Assembly (NCBI GenBank): GCA_002453265.1
Contig: DKGK01000079.1
Location: 2,486 to 45,843, forward strand
Source: Flavobacteriales bacterium UBA6772
Lineage (GTDB): Bacteria > Bacteroidota > Bacteroidia > Flavobacteriales > UBA7430
Direction of reading: 5' to 3'
DNA length: 43,358 nucleotides
Position 1 is the stretch's first letter. The number at the start of each line of letters is the position of its first letter. Below, piece by piece: positions 1 to 10,219 of the stretch. The notes beneath the pieces were generated by a model that was given only the letters and a program-made list of their open reading frames with translations, was not told where the DNA came from and did not search any database. The position numbers and the translations under genes are program-made.

Positions 1-1463
1 CCAGCGTATTCTATCTCAGTGCGTCTTTCATCACCGTATTTTTCGCGAACATCAATTAACTCATTTTTAATTATATCCATACGCAACGGTTCGTTGGCAA
101 GAATATTTTCTAAATGAGATATAACTTTCATTAATTCGGCATGCTCTTCTTTAATTTTATCTTGCTCAAGACCCGTAAGTTTTTGGAGTCTTAAATCTAA
201 AATTGCTCTAGCTTGAAGCTCAGAAAGTGAATAGTTCGCAATTAAGGCTTCGCGTGCAATTTCTGGATTTTTAGAGGCTTTTATTAAAGCGATAATAGCA
301 TCTAAATTATTTAATGCTATTAATAAACCTTCTAAAATATGAGCTCTTTTATTGGCTTGTCTAAGTTCGTATTCTGTTCTACGAACTACTACTTCGTGTC
401 TGTGTTCTACAAAGTATTTAATCATTTCTCTAAGCGTAAGTAACATTGGTCTTCCTTTTACAAGGGCAATGTTATTTACTGAAAATGAGTTTTGTAGAGA
501 CGTGTACTTAAAGAGTTTATTTAATACAATGTTTGGTATAGCATCACGTTTAAGAATGTAAACGATACGCATACCATTACGGTCAGATTCGTCACGAATA
601 TCAGAAATACCTTCTAACTTTTTATCGTTAACTAAGTCGGCCGTTTTCTTAATCATATCGGCTTTGTTTACCATATAAGGAATCTCGGTAACGATAATGC
701 AATCGCGCCCATCAACTTCCTCAAAAGTAGTTTTAGCTCTTAATACAATTCTACCTTTTCCAGTTTCGAAAGCGTTTTTAACACCATCGTAACCGTAAAT
801 AGTACCACCAGTAGGAAAATCTGGTGCTTTAACGTAATTCATTAAACCTTCCGTGTCAATATCATTATCGCCTATATAAGCAATAATAGCATTCACAATT
901 TCGGTTAGGTTATGCGGTGGCATATTGGTTGCCATACCTACTGCAATACCAGAAGCACCGTTTATTAATAAGTTCGGTATTCTAGAAGGAAGTACTGTAG
1001 GTTCCTGTAAAGAGTCATCAAAGTTTAATCTAAAGTCAACAGTTTCCTTATCGATGTCTTTCAACATTTCTTCAGAAATCTTCTTTAATCTTGCCTCCGT
1101 ATAACGCATTGCTGCAGGACTATCGCCATCAATAGAACCAAAGTTACCTTGTCCATCAACTAACATATAACGCAAAGACCAATCTTGGGCCATACGTACC
1201 ATAGAGTCGTAAACAGACGAATCACCATGGGGGTGATACTTACCTAAAACTTCCCCAACAATTCTTGCGGATTTTTTATGTGCACCTGTTGCGCGAATTC
1301 CCAATTCATGCATTCCGAAAAGAACTCTTCGGTGAACAGGTTTAAATCCATCTCTAACATCTGGTAAAGCACGAGAAACAATCACAGACATCGAATAATC
1401 GATGTATGCAGATTTCATTTCATCCTCTATATTTATAGGTATAATCTTTTCTCCTTCAGCCAT
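1..1463 (-). CDS. gyrA: DNA gyrase subunit A, N-terminal part (3' end runs off the left window edge)
   Basis: Absent from the ORF track because it is open at the window edge. I translated the reverse strand from the ATG (complement of 1461..1463). It reads [53 protein letters not shown]...[53 protein letters not shown] and stays open to position 1. It carries the canonical GyrA QRDR and the catalytic AAMRYTE tyrosine motif. Confidence 0.93.
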   Translation of the reverse strand, partial: MAEGEKIIPINIEDEMKSAYIDYSMSVIVSRALPDVRDGFKPVHRRVLFGMHELGIRATGAHKKSARIVGEVLGKYHPHGDSSVYDSMVRMAQDWSLRYMLVDGQGNFGSIDGDSPAAMRYTEARLKKISEEMLKDIDKETVDFRLNFDDSLQEPTVLPSRIPNLLINGASGIAVGMATNMPPHNLTEIVNAIIAYIGDNDIDTEGLMNYVKAPDFPTGGTIYGYDGVKNAFETGKGRIVLRAKTTFEEVDGRDCIIVTEIPYMVNKADMIKKTADLVNDKKLEGISDIRDESDRNGMRIVYILKRDAIPNIVLNKLFKYTSLQNSFSVNNIALVKGRPMLLTLREMIKYFVEHRHEVVVRRTEYELRQANKRAHILEGLLIALNNLDAIIALIKASKNPEIAREALIANYSLSELQARAILDLRLQKLTGLEQDKIKEEHAELMKVISHLENILANEPLRMDIIKNELIDVREKYGDERRTEIEYA

Positions 1464-1629
1464 TTACTTAGCAATTAAGATTTGTATTCTTTTCTATCTA
1501 TTAAGACACACGAATATAGACTAAATTGCTTTTAAATACACCTATGTAAATGGGAAATAATTAACAATTTATTGCGTTAAAATGTTAAAAAAAGTGACTT
1601 ATATACTACCTTTATTATCAAAAGGTATT

Positions 1630-1637
1630 TATCTTTG
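1630..1637 (+). promoter_or_regulatory. Candidate Bacteroidota sigma-A -7 element (TATCTTTG, matches TAnnTTTG) upstream of clpC
   Basis: Exact match to the TAnnTTTG consensus. The final G lies 39 nt before the clpC ATG, in the gyrA/clpC divergent intergenic region. Confidence 0.4.
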
Positions 1638-1675
1638 GATTTAAGTGTATTATGGATGTAAAAAATTGAACGATT

Positions 1676-4246
1676 ATGGATGATAATTTCTCACCAAGAG
1701 TAAAAGATGTAATACAGTTTAGTAAAGAGGAAGCAATTCGTTTAGGGCATAGTTATATAGGTACAGAGCATTTATTGCTAGGTATTCTTAGAGAAGGTGA
1801 AGGTGTCGCAATTGATATAATGCTAAACTTAGGGGTTGATTTAAAGCCTTTACGTAAAAGAATTGAAGACTTATGCAGTAGCGATAGCACTAGCTCTAAA
1901 TCTATTACAGATAATATACCGCTAACAAAGCAAGCAGAAAAGGCTTTAAAAACTACCTTTTTAGAGGCGAAGCTCTACAATAGCGAACTAATTGGCACTC
2001 CTCACCTATTGCTGTGTATTTTAAGAAACGATGCCGATCCTATGGCTCACTTATTTGAGCAGCTTAATATAACCTACGAAATGGTGAAAGCTCAGTTTGA
2101 AGATATTACAGGTGATGATGAGGGCGAAGAACCTTATAGAGTAGAGAACATATCTGACGATAATGATGATGAGTTTGATGTTAGCGGATCTAGCGATTAT
2201 AGAAGCGAGAAGAAATTTAAAACTCCTAAAAAATCCAAAACACCCGTTTTAGATAACTTTGGTAGAGATTTAACAAAGTTTGCCGAAGACGACAAGCTGG
2301 ATCCTGTGGTTGGACGTGAAAAAGAAATAGAACGAGTTTCTCAAATTTTATCTCGTAGAAAAAAGAATAATCCTATGCTTATTGGTGAGCCTGGAGTTGG
2401 GAAATCTGCGATTGCAGAAGGTCTTGCCCTGCGAATTATTCAGAAAAAAGTTTCTAGAGTATTATTCGATAAACGTATTGTTACACTCGACCTTGCTTCG
2501 TTAGTTGCCGGTACAAAATACCGTGGACAATTTGAGGAGCGTATGAAAGCGGTTCTTAATGAATTGGAGAAAAATCCAAACATTATTTTATTTATCGATG
2601 AAATTCATACTATTGTTGGTGCAGGTGGTGCAGCTGGAAGTTTAGATGCTTCTAATATGTTTAAACCTGCTTTAGCGAGAGGAGAACTACAATGTATTGG
2701 AGCCACAACGCTAGACGAATACAGGCAATATATTGAAAAAGATGGCGCACTAGAACGTAGATTCCAAAAGGTTTTAGTAGAACCTACAACCGATGAAGAA
2801 TCTTTACAAATTCTTCAAAACATTAAAGATCGTTACGAAGCTCATCACAATGTAAGTTACACCCACGAAGCTCTTGAGGCTTGTGTTAGTTTAACAAGTA
2901 GATATATTAGCGACAGACATTTACCCGATAAAGCAATTGATGCTTTAGACGAAGCAGGTGCAAGAGTACATATTACCAATATTAAAGTTCCAAAAAATAT
3001 TATTGCACTCGAAGCGAAACTTATTGATATTAGAAATCAGAAAGTTGATGTTGTTAAAAAACAACGTTATGAGCAGGCTGCAGAATTAAGAGATGTTGAA
3101 AAACAAACTGAGAATGACTTAGTAGAAGCTCAAATTGCTTGGGAAGAAGATGTTAAAACTCACAGAGAAACAGTTACACCTCAAGATGTAGCCGAAGTAA
3201 TTGCGATGATGACAGGTATTCCTGTAAATAGAATTGCGGAGAAAGAAAATGATAAGCTTTCTGCGATGGCAGATCTGTTAAAAGAAAATGTAATAGGACA
3301 AGACGAAGCAGTTTCTAAAATTGTACTTGCTATACAGCGAAATAGAGTTGGTTTAAAAGACCCTAACAAACCTATTGGTTCCTTTATTTTCTTAGGTCCT
3401 ACAGGAGTTGGAAAAACACAATTGGCTAAGGAATTATCTAAATTACTCTTCGACAATGAATCTTCTATGATTCGTATTGATATGAGTGAATACATGGAGA
3501 AATTCTCCATTTCTAGATTAATAGGAGCACCTCCAGGTTATGTTGGCTACGAGGAAGGTGGACAGTTAACGGAACGTGTTAGAAGAAAACCTTATTCTGT
3601 AATTTTATTAGACGAAATAGAGAAAGCACATCCCGATGTGTTTAACTTATTGTTACAAGCCTTAGACGATGGTATTCTTACAGACAGCCTAGGTCGCAAG
3701 ATTGATTTTAAAAACACGATCATTATCATGACTTCCAATATTGGAACTCGGAAGCTAAAGGATTTCGGTACAGGAGTTGGATTTAGTACTGCTGCAAAGA
3801 AAAACAGTATTGATGAATATACGAAAAGTGTAATTGAGGGTTCGCTTAAAAAAGCATTTGCTCCAGAATTTCTAAATCGTATAGACGATGTAGTTTTATT
3901 TAATACACTTACCAAAGAGGATATTCATAAGATTATAGATATTGAATTAAAAAAACTCTTTGTTCGTATTAAAAATATGGGTTATGCTCCTAAGATTACA
4001 AACGCAGCAAAAGATTTTATTGCAGAAAAAGGCTTTGATTCTTCTTACGGTGCAAGACCGTTAAAAAGAGCGATTCAGAAATATGTAGAAGATATACTAG
4101 CAGAAGCTATAATTTCTAAAAATATTACTGATGGAGATAAGGTTTTAGTTGATTTTGATGAAAAAAAGAAAGCGATTAAAATTAAAGTAACTAAGCCACG
4201 AGCTAAAAAAACAAAGAAAGATAAGCCTAGTGATAAACCTGCTTAG
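1676..4246 (+). CDS. clpC: ATP-dependent Clp protease ATP-binding subunit, ClpC-type (Clp/Hsp100 AAA+ chaperone)
   Basis: 856 aa. Duplicated Clp_N repeat ([12 protein letters not shown] / [12 protein letters not shown]). Two Walker A boxes ([18 protein letters not shown]). UVR-like linker ([17 protein letters not shown]) instead of the long ClpB coiled coil. A GVGF loop compatible with ClpP docking. Confidence 0.9.
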   Translation: MDDNFSPRVKDVIQFSKEEAIRLGHSYIGTEHLLLGILREGEGVAIDIMLNLGVDLKPLRKRIEDLCSSDSTSSKSITDNIPLTKQAEKALKTTFLEAKLYNSELIGTPHLLLCILRNDADPMAHLFEQLNITYEMVKAQFEDITGDDEGEEPYRVENISDDNDDEFDVSGSSDYRSEKKFKTPKKSKTPVLDNFGRDLTKFAEDDKLDPVVGREKEIERVSQILSRRKKNNPMLIGEPGVGKSAIAEGLALRIIQKKVSRVLFDKRIVTLDLASLVAGTKYRGQFEERMKAVLNELEKNPNIILFIDEIHTIVGAGGAAGSLDASNMFKPALARGELQCIGATTLDEYRQYIEKDGALERRFQKVLVEPTTDEESLQILQNIKDRYEAHHNVSYTHEALEACVSLTSRYISDRHLPDKAIDALDEAGARVHITNIKVPKNIIALEAKLIDIRNQKVDVVKKQRYEQAAELRDVEKQTENDLVEAQIAWEEDVKTHRETVTPQDVAEVIAMMTGIPVNRIAEKENDKLSAMADLLKENVIGQDEAVSKIVLAIQRNRVGLKDPNKPIGSFIFLGPTGVGKTQLAKELSKLLFDNESSMIRIDMSEYMEKFSISRLIGAPPGYVGYEEGGQLTERVRRKPYSVILLDEIEKAHPDVFNLLLQALDDGILTDSLGRKIDFKNTIIIMTSNIGTRKLKDFGTGVGFSTAAKKNSIDEYTKSVIEGSLKKAFAPEFLNRIDDVVLFNTLTKEDIHKIIDIELKKLFVRIKNMGYAPKITNAAKDFIAEKGFDSSYGARPLKRAIQKYVEDILAEAIISKNITDGDKVLVDFDEKKKAIKIKVTKPRAKKTKKDKPSDKPA

Positions 4247-4254
4247 TAGCACAA

Positions 4255-4302
4255 TTGAACAAAAAAAAATGGAGACTTAAAGTCTCCATTTTTTTTGTTC
4301 AA
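4255..4302. terminator. Bidirectional intrinsic terminator between convergent clpC and fabI
   Basis: Near-perfect ~22-nt inverted repeat TTGAAC-A9-TGGAGACT / AGTCTCCA-T8-GTTCAA with a GC core (GGAGACT/AGTCTCC). The A-run on one side and T-run on the other give a U-tract on either strand. Confidence 0.8.
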
Positions 4303-4311
4303 TATTTTAGC

Positions 4312-5148
4312 TTACTCTTCTTTATCTACAAATTTATCCATTACTTCCTGACTAACACCTGTATAAGAGAATCCTCCATCGTGGAATAAATTCTGCATGG
4401 TAACCATACGAGTTAAATCAGAGAATAAAGAAATTACATAGTTAGCACAATCTTCAGAAGGAGCATTTCCTAAAGGAGACATCATATCTGCGTATTTAAA
4501 GAACCCATCAAAACCTTTAACACCACTACCAGCAGTAGTTAAGGTTGGCGATTGAGAAATTGTATTTACACGAACTTTCTTTTGTTTCCCAAAATGATAA
4601 CCAAAACTACGAGCAATAGATTCTAAATAGGCTTTGTTGTCTGCCATATCGTTATAGTCTGGGAACGTACGTTGCGAAGCTATATAAGATAAGGCTACTA
4701 TAGAACCCCACTCGTTCATTGCATCTAATTTCATGGCTGTTTGCATAACTCTATGAAAAGACATAGCAGAAACATCCATTCCTTTAATCATGAAGTCGTG
4801 ACTTAAATCTGTGTAGTGCTTTCCTTTACGAACGTTTATAGACATTCCTATAGAATGTAAAACGAAATCAATTTTACCTCCTAAAATCTCTTGAGATTTA
4901 ACAAATAGGTTTTCAAGATCTTCCATCGAAGTAGCGTCTGCAGGAATAATTTCTGCATTACATTTTTCAGCTAATTCATTAATAGCACCCATTCGCATTG
5001 CGATTGGAGCATTAGTAAGAACAAATTCAGCACCTTGTCTTTTTGCTTCTTCGGCAACTTTCCATGCAATAGATTTAGAATCTAATGCTCCGAAAATAAT
5101 ACCTTTTTTTCCTTTTAATAACATGCTATTCTGTTTTAATTTTAACAA
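4312..5148 (-). CDS. fabI: Enoyl-[acyl-carrier-protein] reductase (NADH), FabI
   Basis: SDR fold with the typical FabI N-terminus LLKGKKGIIFGALDSKSIAWKVAE and the SYIASQR...Y...K region. The true start may be the internal ATG at 5124 (MLLKGKKG...) rather than 5148. Confidence 0.9.
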   Translation of the reverse strand: MLKLKQNSMLLKGKKGIIFGALDSKSIAWKVAEEAKRQGAEFVLTNAPIAMRMGAINELAEKCNAEIIPADATSMEDLENLFVKSQEILGGKIDFVLHSIGMSINVRKGKHYTDLSHDFMIKGMDVSAMSFHRVMQTAMKLDAMNEWGSIVALSYIASQRTFPDYNDMADNKAYLESIARSFGYHFGKQKKVRVNTISQSPTLTTAGSGVKGFDGFFKYADMMSPLGNAPSEDCANYVISLFSDLTRMVTMQNLFHDGGFSYTGVSQEVMDKFVDKEE

Positions 5149-5171
5149 ATATAATTGAAATTATCCTTTAC

Positions 5172-6854
5172 CTAATGATTCGCCATAAGTGCTTTTGCAT
5201 TTTCTAATGCAGCTTCGCTAATGCGTTCACCACTAAGCATTTTAGCGAGTTCATCTACGCGTTCGTTTTCAGTCAATTCTCTAATTTGTGTTTGAGTCTT
5301 GCCTGCTACGTCAATTTTTTCTACTTTATAATGCGTATTTCCTTTTGCAGCTACCTGCGGCAAATGACTTATTACAATTAATTGAATCTCTGTAGCCATT
5401 TCGGTAAGTACTTTAGCTATTTTACCTGCTATTTCGCCAGAAACACCAGTATCAATCTCATCTAAAACTAAACAAGGTAATGCTAAATGTTTTGCCATTA
5501 GTGCTTTTATAGCCAACATCAACCTAGAGGTTTCTCCACCCGAAGCTACCCTAGACATGTCTTGTAATTCGACACCTTTGTTTGCAGAGAACATAAAGCT
5601 AACTGCATCAGCTCCAAATTCGTTTAATTCCGATTTGTTGGTAATATGTACTTTAAATTGCCCATTTTTAATGCCCAATTCTACTAAGGTCGAAACTATA
5701 AAACCTTCTATGTTTTCGCCTACTAAACTACGGTTACTACTTATAGTAGCAGCCATTTTTATGAGTTTGAGCTTTATTTTTTTAATTGAATTCTCTAAAT
5801 CTTCAATAGTACTTTCTATAGAAGCTATTTTATGAAGGCTCTCTCCTATCTCATCAAACTTATCTAGCAATTCATCAAAACTAGCAACTCGATGTTTTTG
5901 TTCTAGTTGGTTAATTAAATTCAGTTTTTCTTTACTACTTTCAATATCTACTCCTTCCCCGTCGGATGCAGACAGTAAGGCTTCGCTTTCTTTAGAAATA
6001 TCAGCTAATTCGATTACGGTACTATTTAATCGTTCCGATAAATCAGCATAACGTTCATTATAAGTACTAATGCTTTGTAGGTCTTGAATAAGATTAAATA
6101 ACTGTGTATTTAGAGGTTCAGAACTATGATTTGTTTCTAATACAAAATTCACTTTTTGCAAAACCGCATTAACTTCCTCTTTGTTTTCTGCAAGTTTAAC
6201 TCGATTTTCTAAGAGTTCTTTTTCTCCTTTAACCAAATTTGCTTCTTCAAGTTCATTGTGTAAAAAGGCTAAATAATCCAGTTGAGTTTTAGACTCATCA
6301 CCTTCTGTTAAAACTTTATTTAGCTCATTTTCTAGAGCTTTCAAAGTTGCAAATTGTTCTTGATATTCACTTAACGTTTGCGAATGTGTGGAAGTAGAAA
6401 CCTGAGCCAAAGTATCAACCAATTGCAATTGATAGTTAGCCTTGTTTAAAAGTACTGTTTGATGCTGAGAATGAATGTCAATTAAATGTACCGATACTTC
6501 TTTTAAAATACTTAGACTTACCGGACTATCGTTAATAAACGCTCTTGATTTTCCTGTTGCTGAAATTTCTCTTCTTATAATTGTTTCTTCAGGCTCAAAA
6601 TCTAAATCATTGCTGCTAAAGAATTTTTCTAAATTGAAGTTTTTAATCGAAAAAACGCCTTCAATAATACATTTATGCTTAGTGTTTAATATAGATTTCG
6701 AGTCTGCCCTTTGCCCCATTAACAATTGTAAAGCTCCTAAAATAATAGATTTACCAGAACCTGTTTCTCCTGTTAAAACACTAAAGCCCTGATTAAAATC
6801 GATTTCTAAAGAATCGATAATGGCGTAATTTTTTATTGAAAGTTGTTTGAGCAT
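5172..6854 (-). CDS. recN: DNA repair protein RecN
   Basis: 560 aa SMC-like protein. N-terminal Walker A (GETGSGKSI), long central coiled coil, C-terminal signature SGGETSRLMLA and Walker B (LVLDEIDTG). Confidence 0.93.
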   Translation of the reverse strand: MLKQLSIKNYAIIDSLEIDFNQGFSVLTGETGSGKSIILGALQLLMGQRADSKSILNTKHKCIIEGVFSIKNFNLEKFFSSNDLDFEPEETIIRREISATGKSRAFINDSPVSLSILKEVSVHLIDIHSQHQTVLLNKANYQLQLVDTLAQVSTSTHSQTLSEYQEQFATLKALENELNKVLTEGDESKTQLDYLAFLHNELEEANLVKGEKELLENRVKLAENKEEVNAVLQKVNFVLETNHSSEPLNTQLFNLIQDLQSISTYNERYADLSERLNSTVIELADISKESEALLSASDGEGVDIESSKEKLNLINQLEQKHRVASFDELLDKFDEIGESLHKIASIESTIEDLENSIKKIKLKLIKMAATISSNRSLVGENIEGFIVSTLVELGIKNGQFKVHITNKSELNEFGADAVSFMFSANKGVELQDMSRVASGGETSRLMLAIKALMAKHLALPCLVLDEIDTGVSGEIAGKIAKVLTEMATEIQLIVISHLPQVAAKGNTHYKVEKIDVAGKTQTQIRELTENERVDELAKMLSGERISEAALENAKALMANH

Positions 6855-6858
6855 AAAA

Positions 6859-7767
6859 TTACTTTCCTTGTTCTTGTAGCATTTTCTCCCACTTTCCAGT
6901 GTTTGCAGGATCTATTTGCTTAAGCATTTGTACCAACTCATTTTTATTGGTAATAAAACCATCAGAATATATTTTGGTAATTTCTGTAGCTTTCGCATCA
7001 AAAAACACTTTGAGTAAGTAAGAATTTTGTTTTTTATCAGCACTACTTTTTACACTATACAAAGCAGCAGTAATCTCATCTCTTCCAGCTTCAGCTTGAT
7101 CACCTAATACATCTAAACCATCAATATGGTAGCTGTACATACCATTTCTTAAGGGTTTAAAATCGTTGTGTAATAAGTTTTCAACCAACCAATACCTATT
7201 AAACGTTCCTTCGTAAGGCTTCCATCCGGTAGCTTTATTGTCTGCTTGAGCATTATTAATAACCTTATTTGCTTTTAAAAAACACACTTCTCCACCTAAA
7301 GGCGAAAATGTATCGTAGTCCATTCCAATAACTATATAAGCATAATAAGCAAGTGTTGAAATTAAGTTTGAGGTGTGGTTGTGCTCGTTAAATTCGAGTG
7401 TTTGATTCTCTATATATTCGAAGCTAAAATCGCTATCTACAATATTTAAAATTGGCGAATTATAAGAAGCTCTATAAATAGGTCTTGTAGATTTTACGGT
7501 AATATTACCGTCATAGCCATTTGCTCCTACCTCTTTGGTTAAATTTATAATAACATTACATTCTATTCTTTCTTCGTTTGAATACACATCTTCTGTCCAT
7601 CTAGTAGTATTCATAAACTCAAAAAGTGCAGTCCGCATAGAAGTAAATTTCTGTCGGTTTGTTCCTTTAATTTGCTGTGAATTAATTTGGATTCTGCAGT
7701 TTAATTCTTGTGCATTTATTTCCAAAATACTTAAGAATAATAGTACAACTGTATAAACTTTACGCAT
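6859..7767 (-). CDS. DUF4835 family secreted protein (family named T9SS PorD in some annotations)
   Basis: 302 aa with signal peptide MRKVYTVVLLFLSILEINAQ. It sits between coaBC and recN, the conserved position of DUF4835 in flavobacterial genomes. The family call is from memory of sequence and context, not from a search. Confidence 0.6.
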   Translation of the reverse strand: MRKVYTVVLLFLSILEINAQELNCRIQINSQQIKGTNRQKFTSMRTALFEFMNTTRWTEDVYSNEERIECNVIINLTKEVGANGYDGNITVKSTRPIYRASYNSPILNIVDSDFSFEYIENQTLEFNEHNHTSNLISTLAYYAYIVIGMDYDTFSPLGGEVCFLKANKVINNAQADNKATGWKPYEGTFNRYWLVENLLHNDFKPLRNGMYSYHIDGLDVLGDQAEAGRDEITAALYSVKSSADKKQNSYLLKVFFDAKATEITKIYSDGFITNKNELVQMLKQIDPANTGKWEKMLQEQGK

Positions 7768-8962
7768 TGATTTTAGTTAAGATTGTATTGACGATATCTT
7801 CCGCAACATCTTGCTTAGACTTTAACTCAAAGCTAAGCTTTTTATTGCTTTTAGTAAGTATCGTAATCTTATTTGTATTGCTTTGAAAACATGCACCTTT
7901 ATCGTTTAAAGAATTAAGTACAATTAGATCTAGGTTTTTACTTTGTAATTTTGATTTGGCATTTTTAATTTCGTTATGCGTTTCTAATGCAAAACCAACA
8001 AGAAATTGACTTGTTTTCTGTGCACCCATTTCTGCTAAAATATCTTTAGTTTTAATGAGCTCAATAACAGGAGTGGCTAGTTCCTTTTTAATTTTTTGAG
8101 CACTTACAACTTTTGGAGTATAGTCTGCAACAGCTGCTGCTGCTATTACAATAGTGCTATTCTTAAAGAATCCCATTGCTGTAGAATACATTTCTTTAGC
8201 AGACTCAACATTACTTACTACAATATTATTATGTGATACAGATATAAGTGAAGGACCGAGAATAAGGTTTACTTCCGCTCCTTTATTCGCTAAATTTAAT
8301 GCCAACTCTACGCCCATTTTCCCAGAAGATCTATTTCCAATAAACCGAACAGGATCTATGGCTTCGTAAGTAGGTCCAGCTGTAATTAAAACGCTGTGGT
8401 GTTTTAAGGGGAGTTTTTCGTTTAAATCAGCAATAATAAAGTTGAAAATATTTTCGGGTTCTGCCATTCTACCTAGGCCAACTAAACCACTTGCTAACTC
8501 TCCACTTTCAGGTAGAATTATAGTATTGCCAAAAGACTGTAATTTTTGTAAACTTTCTGCTGTAGATGGATGTTTGTACATATCCAAGTCCATTGCAGGA
8601 GCAAAATAAATAGGGCATTTAGCCGAAAGGTAAGTCGCCATTAAAAGGTTGTCACATATACCTTGACTCATTTTAGCGAGTGTATTTGCAGTGGCTGGAG
8701 CAATAATAAAAAGGTCTGCCCAGAGTCCTAAAGTAACATGGTCGTTCCAACGAGGGTTTTCTTCGTCAGTAGTAAATTCTGAGAAGACTTCGTTTTTAGA
8801 TAAGGTAGCAAGAGTAAGAGGTGTAATAAAATTCTTAGAAGCAGGAGTTTGAATGCATTTTACATTCGCTCCTGCTTTTATGAATTCTCTAACTAAATGA
8901 GCAGATTTATAGGCAGCTATACCGCCAGTAATCCCAATAAGGATATTTTTTCCGCGAAGCAT
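7760..8962 (-). CDS. coaBC: Bifunctional phosphopantothenoylcysteine decarboxylase / phosphopantothenate-cysteine ligase
   Basis: 400 aa. N-terminal flavoprotein domain (GITGGIAAYKS, PAMDLDM) and C-terminal CoaB domain (ITAGPTYEAIDPVRFIGNRSSGKMG). It overlaps the downstream gene by 8 nt. Confidence 0.93.
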   Translation of the reverse strand: MLRGKNILIGITGGIAAYKSAHLVREFIKAGANVKCIQTPASKNFITPLTLATLSKNEVFSEFTTDEENPRWNDHVTLGLWADLFIIAPATANTLAKMSQGICDNLLMATYLSAKCPIYFAPAMDLDMYKHPSTAESLQKLQSFGNTIILPESGELASGLVGLGRMAEPENIFNFIIADLNEKLPLKHHSVLITAGPTYEAIDPVRFIGNRSSGKMGVELALNLANKGAEVNLILGPSLISVSHNNIVVSNVESAKEMYSTAMGFFKNSTIVIAAAAVADYTPKVVSAQKIKKELATPVIELIKTKDILAEMGAQKTSQFLVGFALETHNEIKNAKSKLQSKNLDLIVLNSLNDKGACFQSNTNKITILTKSNKKLSFELKSKQDVAEDIVNTILTKINA

Positions 8963-8971
8963 TTAAGTTAT

Positions 8972-9295
8972 TTAAGCTTCTTTTTTGCCATCTTTAATAA
9001 AAAGCTCGTCATTAAGCAATTCACTAGTAGCAATTAAAGTTGATTTAGGTAATTTTTCGTAAAACTTAGAAACCTCTATTTGTTCTTTGTTTTCGAAAAT
9101 CTCATCTAAATTGTCGTTTTGAGTAGCAAATTCATCTAATTTACCTAACAACTCTTCCTTTAGTTCAGAACTAATTTGGTTCGATCTTTTCTCTAGTGCA
9201 ACAATTGCAGAATAGATGTTTCCTACTCTATCTTCAAATAACTTTGTGTTATTCGTGACAGTTGATTTAGTTGCGTTTGTTTTTTTGTAATCCAT
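8972..9295 (-). CDS. rpoZ: DNA-directed RNA polymerase subunit omega (Bacteroidota long form)
   Basis: 107 aa acidic protein between bamD and coaBC, the conserved flavobacterial rpoZ position. It has an Rpb6-like core (NIYSAIVALEKRSNQI). The call rests on context plus a weak motif. Confidence 0.6.
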   Translation of the reverse strand: MDYKKTNATKSTVTNNTKLFEDRVGNIYSAIVALEKRSNQISSELKEELLGKLDEFATQNDNLDEIFENKEQIEVSKFYEKLPKSTLIATSELLNDELFIKDGKKEA

Positions 9296-9309
9296 AAGAT
9301 AAGTATGTG

Positions 9310-10104
9310 CTATTTATTTCTCAGCAATTTCACTTGTTTAAAAACTCTCTTCGACTCTTGTAAATACTCACTTTCTGGGTGTGTATTTTTAAACTGATTA
9401 AAGGCGATAATTGTATCTTTAATCCGTTTGTCCTTTTTCTCCTCCACACTGTTTTGAGCGAGGAAGAAATAACTTTTCAACTGCAAAAATAAGATTTCCT
9501 CTTTAAATATCGAACTTTGATGCTCTTGAAGTGCTAAATTAAATGCGTGAATTGCAGCTTTATAATTTTGAGTCGTATAATAGAGCTTTGCATTTTCGAA
9601 TGACTTCTTCTCTAATTTGTCTGAAAGCTTTGTTTTCAGGTCGTTACACGAAGAGGTGTAGGTGCTATTTGGGTATTTGTCGAAAAATATTTTTACTTCA
9701 TCTAATGCTTTATAAGTGTTCGTTTGATCTAAACTATACTTAGGAGAAAGCAAAAAATGACAGTAAACAGCTAAATAAGCACATTCTTCTGCCCTAACAT
9801 TGTCTTTATAAGTACTCGAAAAGTTCTTAAAATGATAAGCTGAGGAAAGTAGATTTCCTTTTTCGTATTCTGCTTTACAGTAGTAATAATAAACATCTTC
9901 TGCTTTGTCTGTACCTCTAAATAACAATAGAAGTTCATCTAACAAAGGAAAAGCTTTAACATACTCTTCGTCTTCAAACAGTTTTACTGCTTGTTCGTAT
10001 TTAAAGTCTAAATCGGTACTCTTTAAAACCTTTTGGTATTCGCTACAAGAGCTGAATACAATAGCTGAGAAACCTAAAATAAATAAAATGTTGCTTTTTA
10101 TCAT
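9310..10104 (-). CDS. bamD: Outer membrane protein assembly factor BamD (TPR lipoprotein)
   Basis: 264 aa. Lipoprotein signal peptide with lipobox (VFSSC). TPR-like Y/A/F-rich helical repeats. Conserved position upstream of rpoZ-coaBC. Confidence 0.75.
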   Translation of the reverse strand: MIKSNILFILGFSAIVFSSCSEYQKVLKSTDLDFKYEQAVKLFEDEEYVKAFPLLDELLLLFRGTDKAEDVYYYYCKAEYEKGNLLSSAYHFKNFSSTYKDNVRAEECAYLAVYCHFLLSPKYSLDQTNTYKALDEVKIFFDKYPNSTYTSSCNDLKTKLSDKLEKKSFENAKLYYTTQNYKAAIHAFNLALQEHQSSIFKEEILFLQLKSYFFLAQNSVEEKKDKRIKDTIIAFNQFKNTHPESEYLQESKRVFKQVKLLRNK

Positions 10105-10188
10105 GGTGCAAATATATAATTTAAAAGAAAAAAAAGAAAAAATACAACTACTTATCGTTCACAATTTTGTCTAGAACAGATGTATTTG

Positions 10189-10196
10189 TACTTTTG
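10189..10196 (+). promoter_or_regulatory. Candidate -7 promoter element (TACTTTTG) for the alpha-oxoamine synthase gene
   Basis: Exact TAnnTTTG match. The final G lies 24 nt before the ATG at 10220. Confidence 0.4.
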
Positions 10197-10219
10197 CCAA
10201 AATTCCTAACGAAACAAAA

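Noticed and set aside
9905-10174. 89-aa plus-strand ORF spanning the bamD start and the bamD / alpha-oxoamine synthase intergenic region.
   Set aside because: Most of it is antisense to the bamD signal-peptide region and the rest runs through an A-rich spacer. The translation is low-complexity with no recognisable motif.
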